NCBI GenBank assembly: GCA_041484665.1
Contig: JBGPIA010000011.1
Location: forward strand, 32,001 to 96,000
From: Candidatus Krumholzibacteriia bacterium
GTDB taxonomy: Bacteria > Krumholzibacteriota > Krumholzibacteriia > JAJRXK01
Direction: 5' to 3'
Length of the DNA stretch: 64,000 nt
Positions 28,124-37,885 of the stretch are shown piece after piece. Every line of letters starts with the position of its first letter. Positions within the stretch are counted from its first letter, which is position 1. Below the pieces are notes generated by a model, which saw only the letters and a list, made by a program, of their open reading frames with translations, was not told where the DNA came from and ran no database searches. The position numbers were made by a program, and so were the translations under genes.

Positions 28124-28350
28124 GGGGGCTCGCTTTCCATCCGAGGAACACGGCGGCTTCTGGGCGCCGCCGGAAGCGGGGACAGCACTGCCACTGCCGC
28201 CAGCCCGGGTGCCTTCGCAGCCTCGACGGGTGCCAGCGTTCCCGGCACCATGGCGCCCGTTGGCGCCCGCCGATTTCGCCCGACCCCCCGCGGTCGCTCG
28301 TGTGGTCGGTGCTGCGGAAGCCGCAAGGATAGGTGTACGTCACGCGCGGA

Positions 28351-30162
28351 TCAAGGCAACCCCGCGCGCGCGAGCTTTCCGTCCTCCCACAGCCACAGCG
28401 GCCCGTGTGTCCCCGACAGCAGGAGATCGTCACCTTCGTGGCTCACCCGCAGACGGCCGGATCCGTGCGCGCGGCGTGCCGCCGTCACGGGCGTATCCCA
28501 GCCAAGTCCCACGGCTTCAGCGGGACTCATCAAGCGGATGGGCCCGCGCGCGCAGAGCCGCAGCCGGCCCCGGGCCTGTGCGACGGTCACTGTGTAGCGC
28601 GCTCCCACCGCCTTCACGCTAGCGTACGCTGCCACCTCGATGGGGACGTTTCTGCCCGTGCGCAGTGCCAGTGCCGCGCGCAGCGAGAAATCCTGCAGGC
28701 AGTTCGCCGAGCGCGTGCTGAAGCGCCGCACGGGCTCCAGCCGGATCTCGGAGGGCACCCCCGCCAAGAGCAGGGGCTCGACCGCCGCGCCGCCCAGCGC
28801 GGATTGCTGGACGAGGAGGGAGTCGACGGCGGCGATCCACGCATCCGTCTGACGGGACGCCTCGCGCCACTCTGGGTAGTCGGTCCACAGCGGGCTGCCG
28901 ATCAAGCCGACGACCAGCGCAGCGACCGCGACGATCGAGGGGGCTGCGCTGCGCCAAGCGCCTCCACGCCAACCAGGGGACGCAACGACGCCCCGAGCCG
29001 CCGCAAGGCCGCCCCGAGCCGCCGCAACGACGCCCGCAGCGCCTGCAACGATGTCCCGCCCGGCGGTGGGACTCGGCACGCCGCGACCAGCTACGATCGG
29101 CGACGCTCTCGAGACCAGGGCGACAAGGACCGTCGCCACGCCGACCAGCGGCGCGTACAGGTACCAGGCAGCGATGCCGCGGGCGAGGGTTGTTTGCAGG
29201 AGCAGCCCCGCCGCCCAGGCGATGCCCAACCGCGCCAGCGCCCGCCGCGCGCCCTCTGCGCGCGTGGCCAGAATGACCGCGGCGGCGGCGACCACGGCGG
29301 CCAGCGCACGGGCCCCCCAGAGTCCCAGCACGCGGCCGGGGTCGAGCAGCGTGACTGCGGCGTTGGCCAGCCCGTGGGTCGAGATGCTCAGCCCTCCGTA
29401 ACCACCCAGGGAGCCCAGCACGAGCCAGCGCGCCGCAAGCGCCGGCAGCAGCAGCAGCACGCCCGCCGCAGCGCGGCTGGGCCAACGGCCCCGCCCAGGC
29501 AGCGCGGCCAACACCAGCGGCAACGCGAAGCCCGTCTCCTTGGCCAGGGGCGCGAGCGCGCCGGCGGCCATCCATAGGACGCGACCTAAGCGGGCGCCGC
29601 GCCCATCGCGCACGGCGCCGATGCACGCCAACAGCAGCAGCGCCACGGCGAGACTGTCGCCGCGCCGCGCCAGCGAGGGTACCACCTCGATTCCCAAGGG
29701 ATGCAGGGCGAACCAGCCGGCCCCCGCCAGCGCCGGGACGACGGCAGCCCCCAGCGCGCGCAGCAGCGCGTAGAGCAGCACGGCGCACGCGGCGTGCAAC
29801 GCTACGTCGGTGAGGTGGTAGCCGGCGGCGCGCGGCCCGTGCAGCGCGTGGTCGATGCCCAGGGTCAGGCCGGTCAGCGGGCGGTAGAAGCGCACTCCGG
29901 GTCGCACGTCACCGCGCACCTCGCGCGAGAAGGGCCCCCGCACGCCGCCTTGCTGATCGAAGCGGTTGACCTGGATGACCTGCGCGCCGTCGATGTCGGT
30001 GTAGGAGAGGGCGGGGACGCCGCGATACGTCAGGACCGCGAGCGTGGCCAACAACAGGGGAGCGGCCAGGCGCGCCGGCCAGGGCACGGCGCGGCGTGGC
30101 CCCTGCGCAGCCACACGCTGGGCGCGCCGGCTGGATGCATCATGGGCGGGGGGAGGGTTCAT
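28351..30162 (-). CDS. Polytopic membrane protein, GT-C fold glycosyltransferase-like (TMTC/PMT-like)
   Basis: FYRPLT, GYHLTDVALH, FALHPLGIEVV, KETG, WYLYAP; many TM helices; start uncertain. Confidence 0.7.
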   Translation of the reverse strand: MNPPPAHDASSRRAQRVAAQGPRRAVPWPARLAAPLLLATLAVLTYRGVPALSYTDIDGAQVIQVNRFDQQGGVRGPFSREVRGDVRPGVRFYRPLTGLTLGIDHALHGPRAAGYHLTDVALHAACAVLLYALLRALGAAVVPALAGAGWFALHPLGIEVVPSLARRGDSLAVALLLLACIGAVRDGRGARLGRVLWMAAGALAPLAKETGFALPLVLAALPGRGRWPSRAAAGVLLLLPALAARWLVLGSLGGYGGLSISTHGLANAAVTLLDPGRVLGLWGARALAAVVAAAAVILATRAEGARRALARLGIAWAAGLLLQTTLARGIAAWYLYAPLVGVATVLVALVSRASPIVAGRGVPSPTAGRDIVAGAAGVVAAARGGLAAARGVVASPGWRGGAWRSAAPSIVAVAALVVGLIGSPLWTDYPEWREASRQTDAWIAAVDSLLVQQSALGGAAVEPLLLAGVPSEIRLEPVRRFSTRSANCLQDFSLRAALALRTGRNVPIEVAAYASVKAVGARYTVTVAQARGRLRLCARGPIRLMSPAEAVGLGWDTPVTAARRAHGSGRLRVSHEGDDLLLSGTHGPLWLWEDGKLARAGLP

Positions 30163-30236
30163 CGTGGCGGCTCCGCGAAGCAGCGGCGTAGTGTACGGGA
30201 CCCCCACCCCCGTTGCACCCCCCTCGGAGCGTCAGC

Positions 30237-31556
30237 ATGGCGGACTTCCTCGACCTGGTCCACGTCCGCGCCCAGTTCCCCGCGCTGTCCAGCGGCTGGG
30301 TGTTCCTCGACAACGCCGGTGGCTCGCAGACGCTGGGCGCGGTCGGCACCCGCATCACGGAGTACCTCTATGGCTCCATGGTCGCCCACGGTGCGCCGCA
30401 TGCGCTCTCGCAGCTGGCGCAGGAGCGCCTGCGTGGGGCAGCGGCCTGCTTCGCCATGCTGCTCAACGCCCGCGATCCCAGCGAGATCGTCATGGGCTCC
30501 TCCACGACGCAGCTGTTGCAGAACCTGGGGCTGGCCCTGGCCGACCGCATGGCTGCGGGCGATGAGATCGTGCTGACCGATGCGGAGCACCACTCCAACG
30601 TAGAGCCGTGGCTGCGCCTGCAGGAGCAGCGCGGGATCGTGCTCAAGACCTGGAAGGTGGACCGCGAGCGGTGGAGCCTGGAGCTGACGGAGCTGGACCG
30701 CCTTATGACCCGCCGCACCCGGCTGGTGGTCGTCACGCAGTGCAGCAATATCCTGGGCACCATCTACGACGCCGCGGCCATTGCCCGCTTCGTCCACGAG
30801 CGCGGCGCCCAGGTGCTGGTCGACGGCGTGGCCTACGCGCCTCACCGTGCCGTCGACGTGCAGGCCTGGGACGCGGACTACTACGTGCTGAGCACCTACA
30901 AGGTCTTCGGGCCCCACCACGCCGTGCTCTACGGCAAGCGTGAGCAGCTGCTGGCGCTGCGCGGCACCAACCACTCATTCTTGCCGCAGACGATGATTCC
31001 CTACAAGTTCCAGCCCGGAAACGCCAACAGCGAGTTGTCCCACGGTGCCACGGCCATCGCCGACTACCTGGAGGATCTGGGCGCCCGCGCGGACACCGAC
31101 GGCAGCAACGCCGCGGCGGGCAGTTCCGGTGCTGATCCGCGCGCGCGCGCGGCCGCCAGCCGGCACCCCGGTCACTCCGCTACCGCGGCCAGCCCGCGCG
31201 CGAACCTCGAGCGCGCCTTCGCGGCCATCGCCCAGCAGGAGGAGCTCCTGGCGCAGCGCCTGCTCGCAGGGCTCGCGCGTCACCCACGGCTGCGCGTGAT
31301 CGGGTCCCCGGACGCCAGTCGCGCCGTCCGCGTCCCGACCGTCTCGGTCGCGGTCGAAGGCCGCGAGCCGGCGGCCGTCGTGCAGGCCCTGGGCGAGCGC
31401 GGCATCGGCGTACGCAGCGGCGACTTCTACGCGCGGGCGCTGATCGACGGCCTGGGACTGCGCGAGCGCGGCGGCGTCCTGCGCATCTCCGCGGTGCACT
31501 ACAACACCCTCGACGAGATCGACCGCCTGCTGGAGGCGCTGGAGCAGGTCGTCTGA
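30237..31556 (+). CDS. Aminotransferase class V, cysteine desulfurase-like protein
   Basis: FLDNAGGSQ, EHHSN, VDGVAYAPH, PLP lysine STYKVFGPH, VHYNTLDEI; RSGDFYA lacks the catalytic Cys. Confidence 0.9.
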   Translation: MADFLDLVHVRAQFPALSSGWVFLDNAGGSQTLGAVGTRITEYLYGSMVAHGAPHALSQLAQERLRGAAACFAMLLNARDPSEIVMGSSTTQLLQNLGLALADRMAAGDEIVLTDAEHHSNVEPWLRLQEQRGIVLKTWKVDRERWSLELTELDRLMTRRTRLVVVTQCSNILGTIYDAAAIARFVHERGAQVLVDGVAYAPHRAVDVQAWDADYYVLSTYKVFGPHHAVLYGKREQLLALRGTNHSFLPQTMIPYKFQPGNANSELSHGATAIADYLEDLGARADTDGSNAAAGSSGADPRARAAASRHPGHSATAASPRANLERAFAAIAQQEELLAQRLLAGLARHPRLRVIGSPDASRAVRVPTVSVAVEGREPAAVVQALGERGIGVRSGDFYARALIDGLGLRERGGVLRISAVHYNTLDEIDRLLEALEQVV

Positions 31557-31739
31557 GGGTGGGGGGTCGGGAGCGCGCGCCGGGGAGCCTCGGGGGGAGG
31601 CTGCGGGCAAGGGCTGCCGGTGTGGCGCTGCGCGGCCGGGGCTGCGCGCAGGGGCTGCGAGCGGAGGCTACGCGGGGCCGCGCCAAGGCGCTGCGTGCAG
31701 GGGCGTAACGCCGGTCCCACCTGATGCGTCCACTCTGCG

Positions 31740-32072
31740 TTAGGCTGCTCGCACCGGGGCGGTACGAGAGATGGCCTTTGCGAGATCTTGCGTCGAGGCG
31801 CCAAGGGCGAACAGCGACCGAATCAAAAGGTCCAGGGAGACGGACACGTCGCCGGCTTCCATTTTTGCGACCCTGGACTGGCTGGACCGAAGTAGTCGAG
31901 CCACCTGGCTTTGCGTCAAGTGGCGGCGAAGACGTCGCCGCCGGAGCGAGTCGGCAAGTCGGAGCTTCAGCTCGATGAACGCAGCCTCCTCATCGGACAG
32001 TCCGAGGAACTCCCGGGTATCCCCCACGCGCCAGCCCTTGGCCTCGATTCGCTTCCTCTTGGGTTCACGCAT
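31740..32072 (-). CDS. XRE-family HTH antitoxin (HigA-like)
   Basis: GWRVGDTREFLGLS...LTQSQVARLLRSSQSRVAKMEAGD; overlaps the toxin stop. Confidence 0.88.
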   Translation of the reverse strand: MREPKRKRIEAKGWRVGDTREFLGLSDEEAAFIELKLRLADSLRRRRLRRHLTQSQVARLLRSSQSRVAKMEAGDVSVSLDLLIRSLFALGASTQDLAKAISRTAPVRAA

Positions 32073-32397
32073 TGTCGTACTCCCGAAGTCTCCGGCGACA
32101 GGCCTGAATGACCCGGTCTGGGGTGGATGGCGTCTTCTTGCTGAATACCTCGGCGATCACGATGGCGTCCGGATCGACTCGGTACACGAGACGCCAGGTC
32201 TGGCCCTCATCGTTGATCCGAAGTTCGTGGCACCTCGGGCCAATCGAGGGCATGGGCAGCGAGTGGGGCATCGACAGGCGTTCGCCGCGCTGGAGCCTAC
32301 GAAGCAACAGACCAGCTTCGAGTCGGGCTACGCGCGAGAATGGTGGGGTCTTGACCTCGCCCTCAAGCCAGACCAAGGGCCGGTCGATGCCGTTCAT
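32065..32397 (-). CDS. RelE/ParE-superfamily toxin (Gp49/HigB-like)
   Basis: ATG 32397; VKTPPFS...MPSIGPRCHELRI...WRLVYR...VFSKKTPSTP; toxin-first gene order. Confidence 0.88.
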   Translation of the reverse strand: MNGIDRPLVWLEGEVKTPPFSRVARLEAGLLLRRLQRGERLSMPHSLPMPSIGPRCHELRINDEGQTWRLVYRVDPDAIVIAEVFSKKTPSTPDRVIQACRRRLREYDNA

Positions 32398-32404
32398 TCT
32401 CCGC

Positions 32405-32433
32405 AATGTATGTCGCTTCTGACATACGGTCAA
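32405..32433 (-). promoter_or_regulatory. Sigma70 promoter with overlapping palindromic operator for the TA pair
   Basis: TTGACC-N17-TACATT; perfect inverted repeat GTATGTC-N6-GACATAC (32408-32427). Confidence 0.8.
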
Positions 32434-32450
32434 GGGGGCCATCGCGGACA

Positions 32451-32556
32451 GCCCAACCCGCGCTTGCAACTGCCTGGGATGGCCGAGCTCGACACGGAGT
32501 ATTCGCGGATTTCCGGGGCGGCCGCCCCCGCAGGTGAAGCGCAACGATCGCGCGGC
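32451..32556 (+). mobile_element. Eroded attC-like site closing the TA cassette
   Basis: R'' GCCCAAC; arm gcgcttGcaactg pairs with caggtgaagcgc; GTT of R' lost; cassette start core GTTAGGC at 31739. Confidence 0.55.
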
Positions 32557-32669
32557 CGGCGCGTGGGGCGGAGCAGCAACGCGGCGCAGCAACGCGGGGC
32601 AACAATGCGGACCAACAGCGCAGGGCAGAGCTTCCGAGCACCAACGGGCGAATCGAAGCGAGGTAGGGG

Positions 32670-33437
32670 ATGACCGAGGTCTTGGCCGGCGGGGCGATGG
32701 GTGCCGCGCCCGCGGCGCCATCATCGCTGCGGCGCTCGCTGTGGGTTTACGGCGGGCTCATGGCCTACCTGGCCGCCATCCGGCTCACGCTTAGCGCGCT
32801 GGCGACGAGCGGCTTCCGCAGCCCCAGCCAGGCGGCGGTCTTTGCGTGGCCGGTACTGGGCGTGCTGACCGTTGCGGGGTTCGGCGGCGTCTGGCTGTCC
32901 CACCGCGTCGCGCTGCCCGGCCTGTGGGATCCGGGCGGCAACGTCCGCCGGCGCGTGCTCCTGCCTGCTGCGATCGGAGCGGCGTTTGGGCTGCTCGCCA
33001 TCGGGGCCGACCTCGTCACGGGCTGGACGCGCGCCGCCGCGCAGCAGATGGGGCTGCCGTCCATCCACATCGAGTTCCCGGCGTCGCTCTTGATCTACCC
33101 GGGCGGCGCGGTGATCGTCGACGTCATCTACTACCTGGTGCCGATCCCGCTCTTGCTGTGGCTGTTCGCAGACGTGGTAGCGCAGGGGAGGGGCCGGCGG
33201 ACGATCTTCTGGGTCGTCGGGCTACTTGCCGCGGCGATCGAGCCCATGACCCAGGACCTGCGCTCGCCCGGCGGCCCCGGCGTCGGAGCGTTGCTGTTCA
33301 TGCAGGACTACGCGCTGAATGCCGCCCAGGTGATCGCGCTACGCCGCACGGGTTTCCTGTCGGCGGTGCTGTTGCGCGTCGTCTTCTACCTCGTGTGGCA
33401 CGTGCTGTGGGGCGCGCTGGGGGCGCACGGCGACTGA
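32670..33437 (+). CDS. Integral membrane protein, distantly CPBP/Abi-like
   Basis: About 7 TM helices; YPGGAVIVDVIYYL and FYLVWHVLWG resemble CPBP motifs with the EE pair lost. Confidence 0.65.
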   Translation: MTEVLAGGAMGAAPAAPSSLRRSLWVYGGLMAYLAAIRLTLSALATSGFRSPSQAAVFAWPVLGVLTVAGFGGVWLSHRVALPGLWDPGGNVRRRVLLPAAIGAAFGLLAIGADLVTGWTRAAAQQMGLPSIHIEFPASLLIYPGGAVIVDVIYYLVPIPLLLWLFADVVAQGRGRRTIFWVVGLLAAAIEPMTQDLRSPGGPGVGALLFMQDYALNAAQVIALRRTGFLSAVLLRVVFYLVWHVLWGALGAHGD

Positions 33438-33461
33438 GCAGCAGGTCGCGAGCGGCACCCG

Positions 33462-36400
33462 TTACTTGAGCAGGACCAGGCGCTGGGGCTCGCCGGCCTC
33501 CTTTTCGTCCACGATCAACCGCACGAGATACACGCCGCTCGCCACGCGGTGACCGGAGCCGTCCACGCCGTGCCACGTCACGTCATGCGCCCCGGCCGCC
33601 AGCGCCTCGCCATGGACCAGCTCGGTCACGCGCCGGCCGCGCAGGTCGTAGACGGCGAGCGTCACCTTTCCTGGAGTGGCCAGCTCGAAGCGGAGCACCG
33701 TCGCCGGATTGAACGGGTTGGGGGCGGGCGGATCCAGCCGCGTCACCCGCGGCGCCGCGGGTAGCTCGGTCCCCGTGGCGACGCCCGCGCAGGGCGGGCC
33801 CGCAATCCCGACCGTGCCGCCGCACCGCGCCGACATCGCCACCAGCGGCGAGGCGTCCTGATACGCGTAGTTGAGGGCCAACGGCTGGCAGAAGACCGGG
33901 TCGGCCAGGGAAACGCTGGACGTGTCCATGCCGCCAGCGGCCACGTTGAACCACTCGGAATGGCCGAACAAATCGCCGCAGTGCAACGAAACGTGACCCA
34001 GCGCGCCGTTGCCCTCGGCCACCAACGGGGCGCCATCGACGTCCTTGGTGACGATGGAGTATTGCAGGTCGATCACCCCGTTGGCGGCGTGGACGACACC
34101 GGCGCCGGCAGCGTAGGCGGCATTCTGGTCGAGCACGCAGTGCTCGGCTGTGGTCGAGCCCCCCGCGGAGAACAGCGCGCCACCACGGCCGACCGCCTCG
34201 TTGAGCACGAACAGGCAGCTCGTCACGGACGACGTGCCCGCCAGCACCGCAATCGCGCCGCCATCGGTGCCGGCGTGGTTCTTGTAGAAGAAGCATCCAT
34301 CGAAGGCCGGAGACCCGCTCTGCACCAGCACCGCGCCGCCGCGCTGAGAGGCACGGTTCTGCTCGAAGCGGACGTTGCGCAGGATCGGGCTCGCGCTGCT
34401 CACGATCAGTGCCCCGCCCTGCGTCGCATTGCTACCGCGGATCGTCAGCCCAGCCAGGACGGCGGTGGATCCCACGCCATTGGCTGTGACGATCGAGCTG
34501 ACGCCGCTGCCGGTCACCACCACCGCCGCGGGATTGGAGCCGGCTCCTCGAATCTCGATGCCATCTCGCAAACTGAAGGACTCGGGGTAGGTCCCGGGGT
34601 TCACCAGCACGCGCGTGCCCGCGCTGACGGCCGCGAGCGCCGCGGTGATCGAGGTGAAGTTGCCGGCTCCCGTCTTGTCGACCACGACCTGGGTCACGCT
34701 CGGATCGCGGTTGGGCTGTCCGGGCGTGCGCGGGCCGTACTTGAGGGTGACGTTGCCGCCGCACTCCAGCCAGTTCGCGCCCTGATTGCCCAGATAGACG
34801 GCCAGCCCGTCGGGGACGCGCACCAGCGCGTCGTTGGGCGCCGCGCCGGGCGTCGGACCGCCAAGCCAGCCCAGCTGGTCGACACGCCAGAACTGCCCGG
34901 CAGCGGTGATCTTGTACAGGTACAAGAGTCCCGACTGCAGATCCTGGGTGAACGAACCCGGCGCCCCCTGCTGCAGCACCATCAGCTGGCCCGGAGCGAG
35001 CTGCAAGCCCGACGACAAGGTCGTGAGGAAATTCACGCCGTCGCCGACGGCGAATTGGTTGAGCACCACCGCACTGCCCAGCGGGTTGTAGAGCTCGATG
35101 TAGTCTCCCCCGCTGCCCGACGTGTAGAGCACCTCGTTGATCACGATCGACCCGCCCAGGTTGGGTGTCGGCACGCTGTTGGTCTGCCCGAAGGTCGACG
35201 TGGACGTCTCGAAGCTCGTCGCGTCGGGATCGCCGGCCTTCGTTCCCTCGACGCGGCTGATGGTGAACCCAGGCGGCGCGGCGGGCGCCCCGCCGGCCGT
35301 TCCGTAGGCGACGATGTCGAACACGAAGCTCGTGCCCACGGGCGGCAGCAGCGCCAGCGTTCCGCCCAGGTCGGGCAGGTCGATCACGGTGAGCGTGTGC
35401 AGGAACAGCCCGTGTGCGGGCACCGTCCCCGACAGAGTCTCCTCGTCGGGAGTCGGGAAGCCGGGGCCGTTGCTGAGGCGAAAGCCGGTGAGGTCGAGGG
35501 TCGAGGCGGAGAGGTTGCGGATCTCGACGGTCTCGCCAACCTTTGGGAGCACGCTCCCGTCCTTCGCGCGCGGCGGCTGCTTGAGTCCGCTGCGCGTCGA
35601 GAATTCGTTGATGAGCACGTTGGGGAAGCAGAACGCCGGCCCGGCGTAGAGCGTCTCGACCACCATTTTCCCGGGCAGGACCACGCGGACCCCATAATAG
35701 AAGCTCGTGTAGTTGACCGCGGTTGCGTCGATGAAGCGCTGCGTGGGCGCATTGACGCTACCGATCGGAAGCAAATCGGGGTCGAGCAGGTCGCAGGGGT
35801 CCTGCGCGCGCAGGATCTCGTAGCGGATCACGCCGCCCGGCGGTACGTAGCCCTGCCAGTCCAGCTGGATCTGTCCGCCCGCGTCGTTGTCCACGTCGGC
35901 GGCCGTCAGTTGTGGCGAGGCCGTCACGCACGAGCGCATCGCCAGCCCGTGCAGGGTGACGCTCCCCAGATTCATGGATTCCGCGGGGTGTCCGAACGCA
36001 TCGATCCGGGTTGCCACGGGGTACCCGGGTCCAATGTTCAGCCCCCACAGCTCGTCACCCAGGAACGCCGTCTCCTGCCAGTCGTCGGATACCCCCCGAG
36101 CGGAGCTGCCCAGCACGGAGCCGGCCAGCGTCCCGACATCCAACTGCCGCACCACCAGTAGGCTGAGGTAGAGATCGTCGAACAGGCTGTGCGGGATCCC
36201 GGTCGGCGAGAACTCCATGGGCGCGGACGGAAAGTTTGTTACGACCCCGACGCCGGTGGTTGTCCCCGAGCTGGGGTCGATCGTCAGCAGCTCGGTCCAG
36301 TTGTACTCGCCGAAGGACATGAACGCCAAGGTATACAGCTTGCCAGTGAGCGGGTTGCGAGCCAGCCCATAGAACCCCCGCGCCCCGAACGCGCTCACCG

Positions 36401-37844
36401 GGACCTGCGAGAGCACATGCATCGTGGAGGGTTGCACCGTGAGCAACGCTGCCGGAGGCCCGGCCAGGGGCATGGAGAGGATGTACAGCCGGTCATGGAG
36501 CGGGTCGCTGGCGAGCTGCGGGTTGGTCAGATTATCCGAGATGAATCCGAGCGTGTTCACGACGCCAAGATGGGGGTCGACCTCGGCCAGGTAGTGGCTG
36601 CTGGCGATCTGCCGCAGCGACCAGGCCCGAAGGCTCACGGGCGTTTGCTGCACGCGTAGCGTGCAGTCCACGGGCCCCGTGCCGTCGATCGGATCCCGGT
36701 AGACGACGACGCAGTAGTAGCCAGAGTTGGGCACGTTGAGCTCGATCTTCGCCCGTCCATTCGCGTCGGCCGATGCCGTTGCGGTCGCGTTGAAACGGCC
36801 TCCGGTGAAGAAGTTGTCGCTCAGCCAGGCGACGCGCAGCGGGCCTGCGGCGACGGGCTGCTGCGTGACGGAGATCGTCACGGCGCCGACTTGCGTCGGG
36901 CCGATGGCGACCTCCCAAAGCTTGAGCATCTCGTTCTGCGCGAACGACGCGACCACGGCCGAGCCGAACGTCATGCCGTTGTTGGTGACCTGCGCGACCC
37001 GGTAGTCGCTGCTCCCACCGCTGTAGTTGTGGATGCCCACGTCCCAAGGCGAAAAGCCCATGGTGTTGGAGTTGATGACGACGAAGTCGAGATACCCGGC
37101 GCCCGCGGCTGAAGCCGCCGTCCAGCTGCCGAAGCCGTTGGTGGCTCCGGTGGACGGCGCGTACAGGAAGACGTCGTCATCGTCGGTGCTGTTGAGGGCG
37201 GAGGCGGGGACCGCCGTCCACCACGCCTGCGGATTGACGCGCAGCCCGTCGTTGTTGGGGTAGACGGGCGAGCCGTCGACGACGGAGGCCGTCCCCGCGT
37301 AGCGATCCGGCGGCGCGGCGCGCTGCGATGTCTGGCCCGGGGTGAGCAGCAAGGGCGACAGAATCCACTGCCGCGCCCAGCGGTTGTCGTTCTCGTTGCT
37401 CTCCGCTACGAGGGTCGTGGGGTCGAGGGCCGCCTCGAAGGTATGGCGTCCCCCGGCCAGGCACAGGGGGCCCACGTTGACGGCGTAGAACCCGCCGTAC
37501 GCTCCGATCGACGGGTAGCTGACCCAGTACTGGAAACCCCCGTCCACATACAGAAACACGTAGAACGCTGCGCCTGTGGAGACATCGCTCGCATTCCAGC
37601 CGCCGAAGTTCCAGAACGTCCCGCACGCGTTGCCCGGCAAGGTCGACGGCTCGGGAACGCTTCCGACGGACGCGTCGGCCGACGGCCGGGGCACCAGCAC
37701 GTGGGCCCAGCCTGGGTACTGGTAGAACGCCAGGTTCGGTGCGGCCTCCGCTCGCGCGGGAACGAGACTGCAGACAAGACCGCCAATGAGACCGCCGACG
37801 AGACTGCCGACGAGTGATGCCGCGGACCGACGTAGGTGGAACAT
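33462..37844 (-). CDS. Large secreted multidomain protein (CARDB-like, propeller, 2x lamin-tail, parallel beta-helix, FlgD-Ig)
   Basis: Signal peptide (AEA-A); VAESNENDN; VLINEF and IVINEV...YIELYNP; GNFTSITAAL...PGTYPE; GGA repeats; PNPFNP...RLVLLK. Confidence 0.9.
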   Translation of the reverse strand: MFHLRRSAASLVGSLVGGLIGGLVCSLVPARAEAAPNLAFYQYPGWAHVLVPRPSADASVGSVPEPSTLPGNACGTFWNFGGWNASDVSTGAAFYVFLYVDGGFQYWVSYPSIGAYGGFYAVNVGPLCLAGGRHTFEAALDPTTLVAESNENDNRWARQWILSPLLLTPGQTSQRAAPPDRYAGTASVVDGSPVYPNNDGLRVNPQAWWTAVPASALNSTDDDDVFLYAPSTGATNGFGSWTAASAAGAGYLDFVVINSNTMGFSPWDVGIHNYSGGSSDYRVAQVTNNGMTFGSAVVASFAQNEMLKLWEVAIGPTQVGAVTISVTQQPVAAGPLRVAWLSDNFFTGGRFNATATASADANGRAKIELNVPNSGYYCVVVYRDPIDGTGPVDCTLRVQQTPVSLRAWSLRQIASSHYLAEVDPHLGVVNTLGFISDNLTNPQLASDPLHDRLYILSMPLAGPPAALLTVQPSTMHVLSQVPVSAFGARGFYGLARNPLTGKLYTLAFMSFGEYNWTELLTIDPSSGTTTGVGVVTNFPSAPMEFSPTGIPHSLFDDLYLSLLVVRQLDVGTLAGSVLGSSARGVSDDWQETAFLGDELWGLNIGPGYPVATRIDAFGHPAESMNLGSVTLHGLAMRSCVTASPQLTAADVDNDAGGQIQLDWQGYVPPGGVIRYEILRAQDPCDLLDPDLLPIGSVNAPTQRFIDATAVNYTSFYYGVRVVLPGKMVVETLYAGPAFCFPNVLINEFSTRSGLKQPPRAKDGSVLPKVGETVEIRNLSASTLDLTGFRLSNGPGFPTPDEETLSGTVPAHGLFLHTLTVIDLPDLGGTLALLPPVGTSFVFDIVAYGTAGGAPAAPPGFTISRVEGTKAGDPDATSFETSTSTFGQTNSVPTPNLGGSIVINEVLYTSGSGGDYIELYNPLGSAVVLNQFAVGDGVNFLTTLSSGLQLAPGQLMVLQQGAPGSFTQDLQSGLLYLYKITAAGQFWRVDQLGWLGGPTPGAAPNDALVRVPDGLAVYLGNQGANWLECGGNVTLKYGPRTPGQPNRDPSVTQVVVDKTGAGNFTSITAALAAVSAGTRVLVNPGTYPESFSLRDGIEIRGAGSNPAAVVVTGSGVSSIVTANGVGSTAVLAGLTIRGSNATQGGALIVSSASPILRNVRFEQNRASQRGGAVLVQSGSPAFDGCFFYKNHAGTDGGAIAVLAGTSSVTSCLFVLNEAVGRGGALFSAGGSTTAEHCVLDQNAAYAAGAGVVHAANGVIDLQYSIVTKDVDGAPLVAEGNGALGHVSLHCGDLFGHSEWFNVAAGGMDTSSVSLADPVFCQPLALNYAYQDASPLVAMSARCGGTVGIAGPPCAGVATGTELPAAPRVTRLDPPAPNPFNPATVLRFELATPGKVTLAVYDLRGRRVTELVHGEALAAGAHDVTWHGVDGSGHRVASGVYLVRLIVDEKEAGEPQRLVLLK

Positions 37845-37885
37845 GGTCTCCCCTCCGGTACCAGCCGGCGAATGCTGTGATCAGT

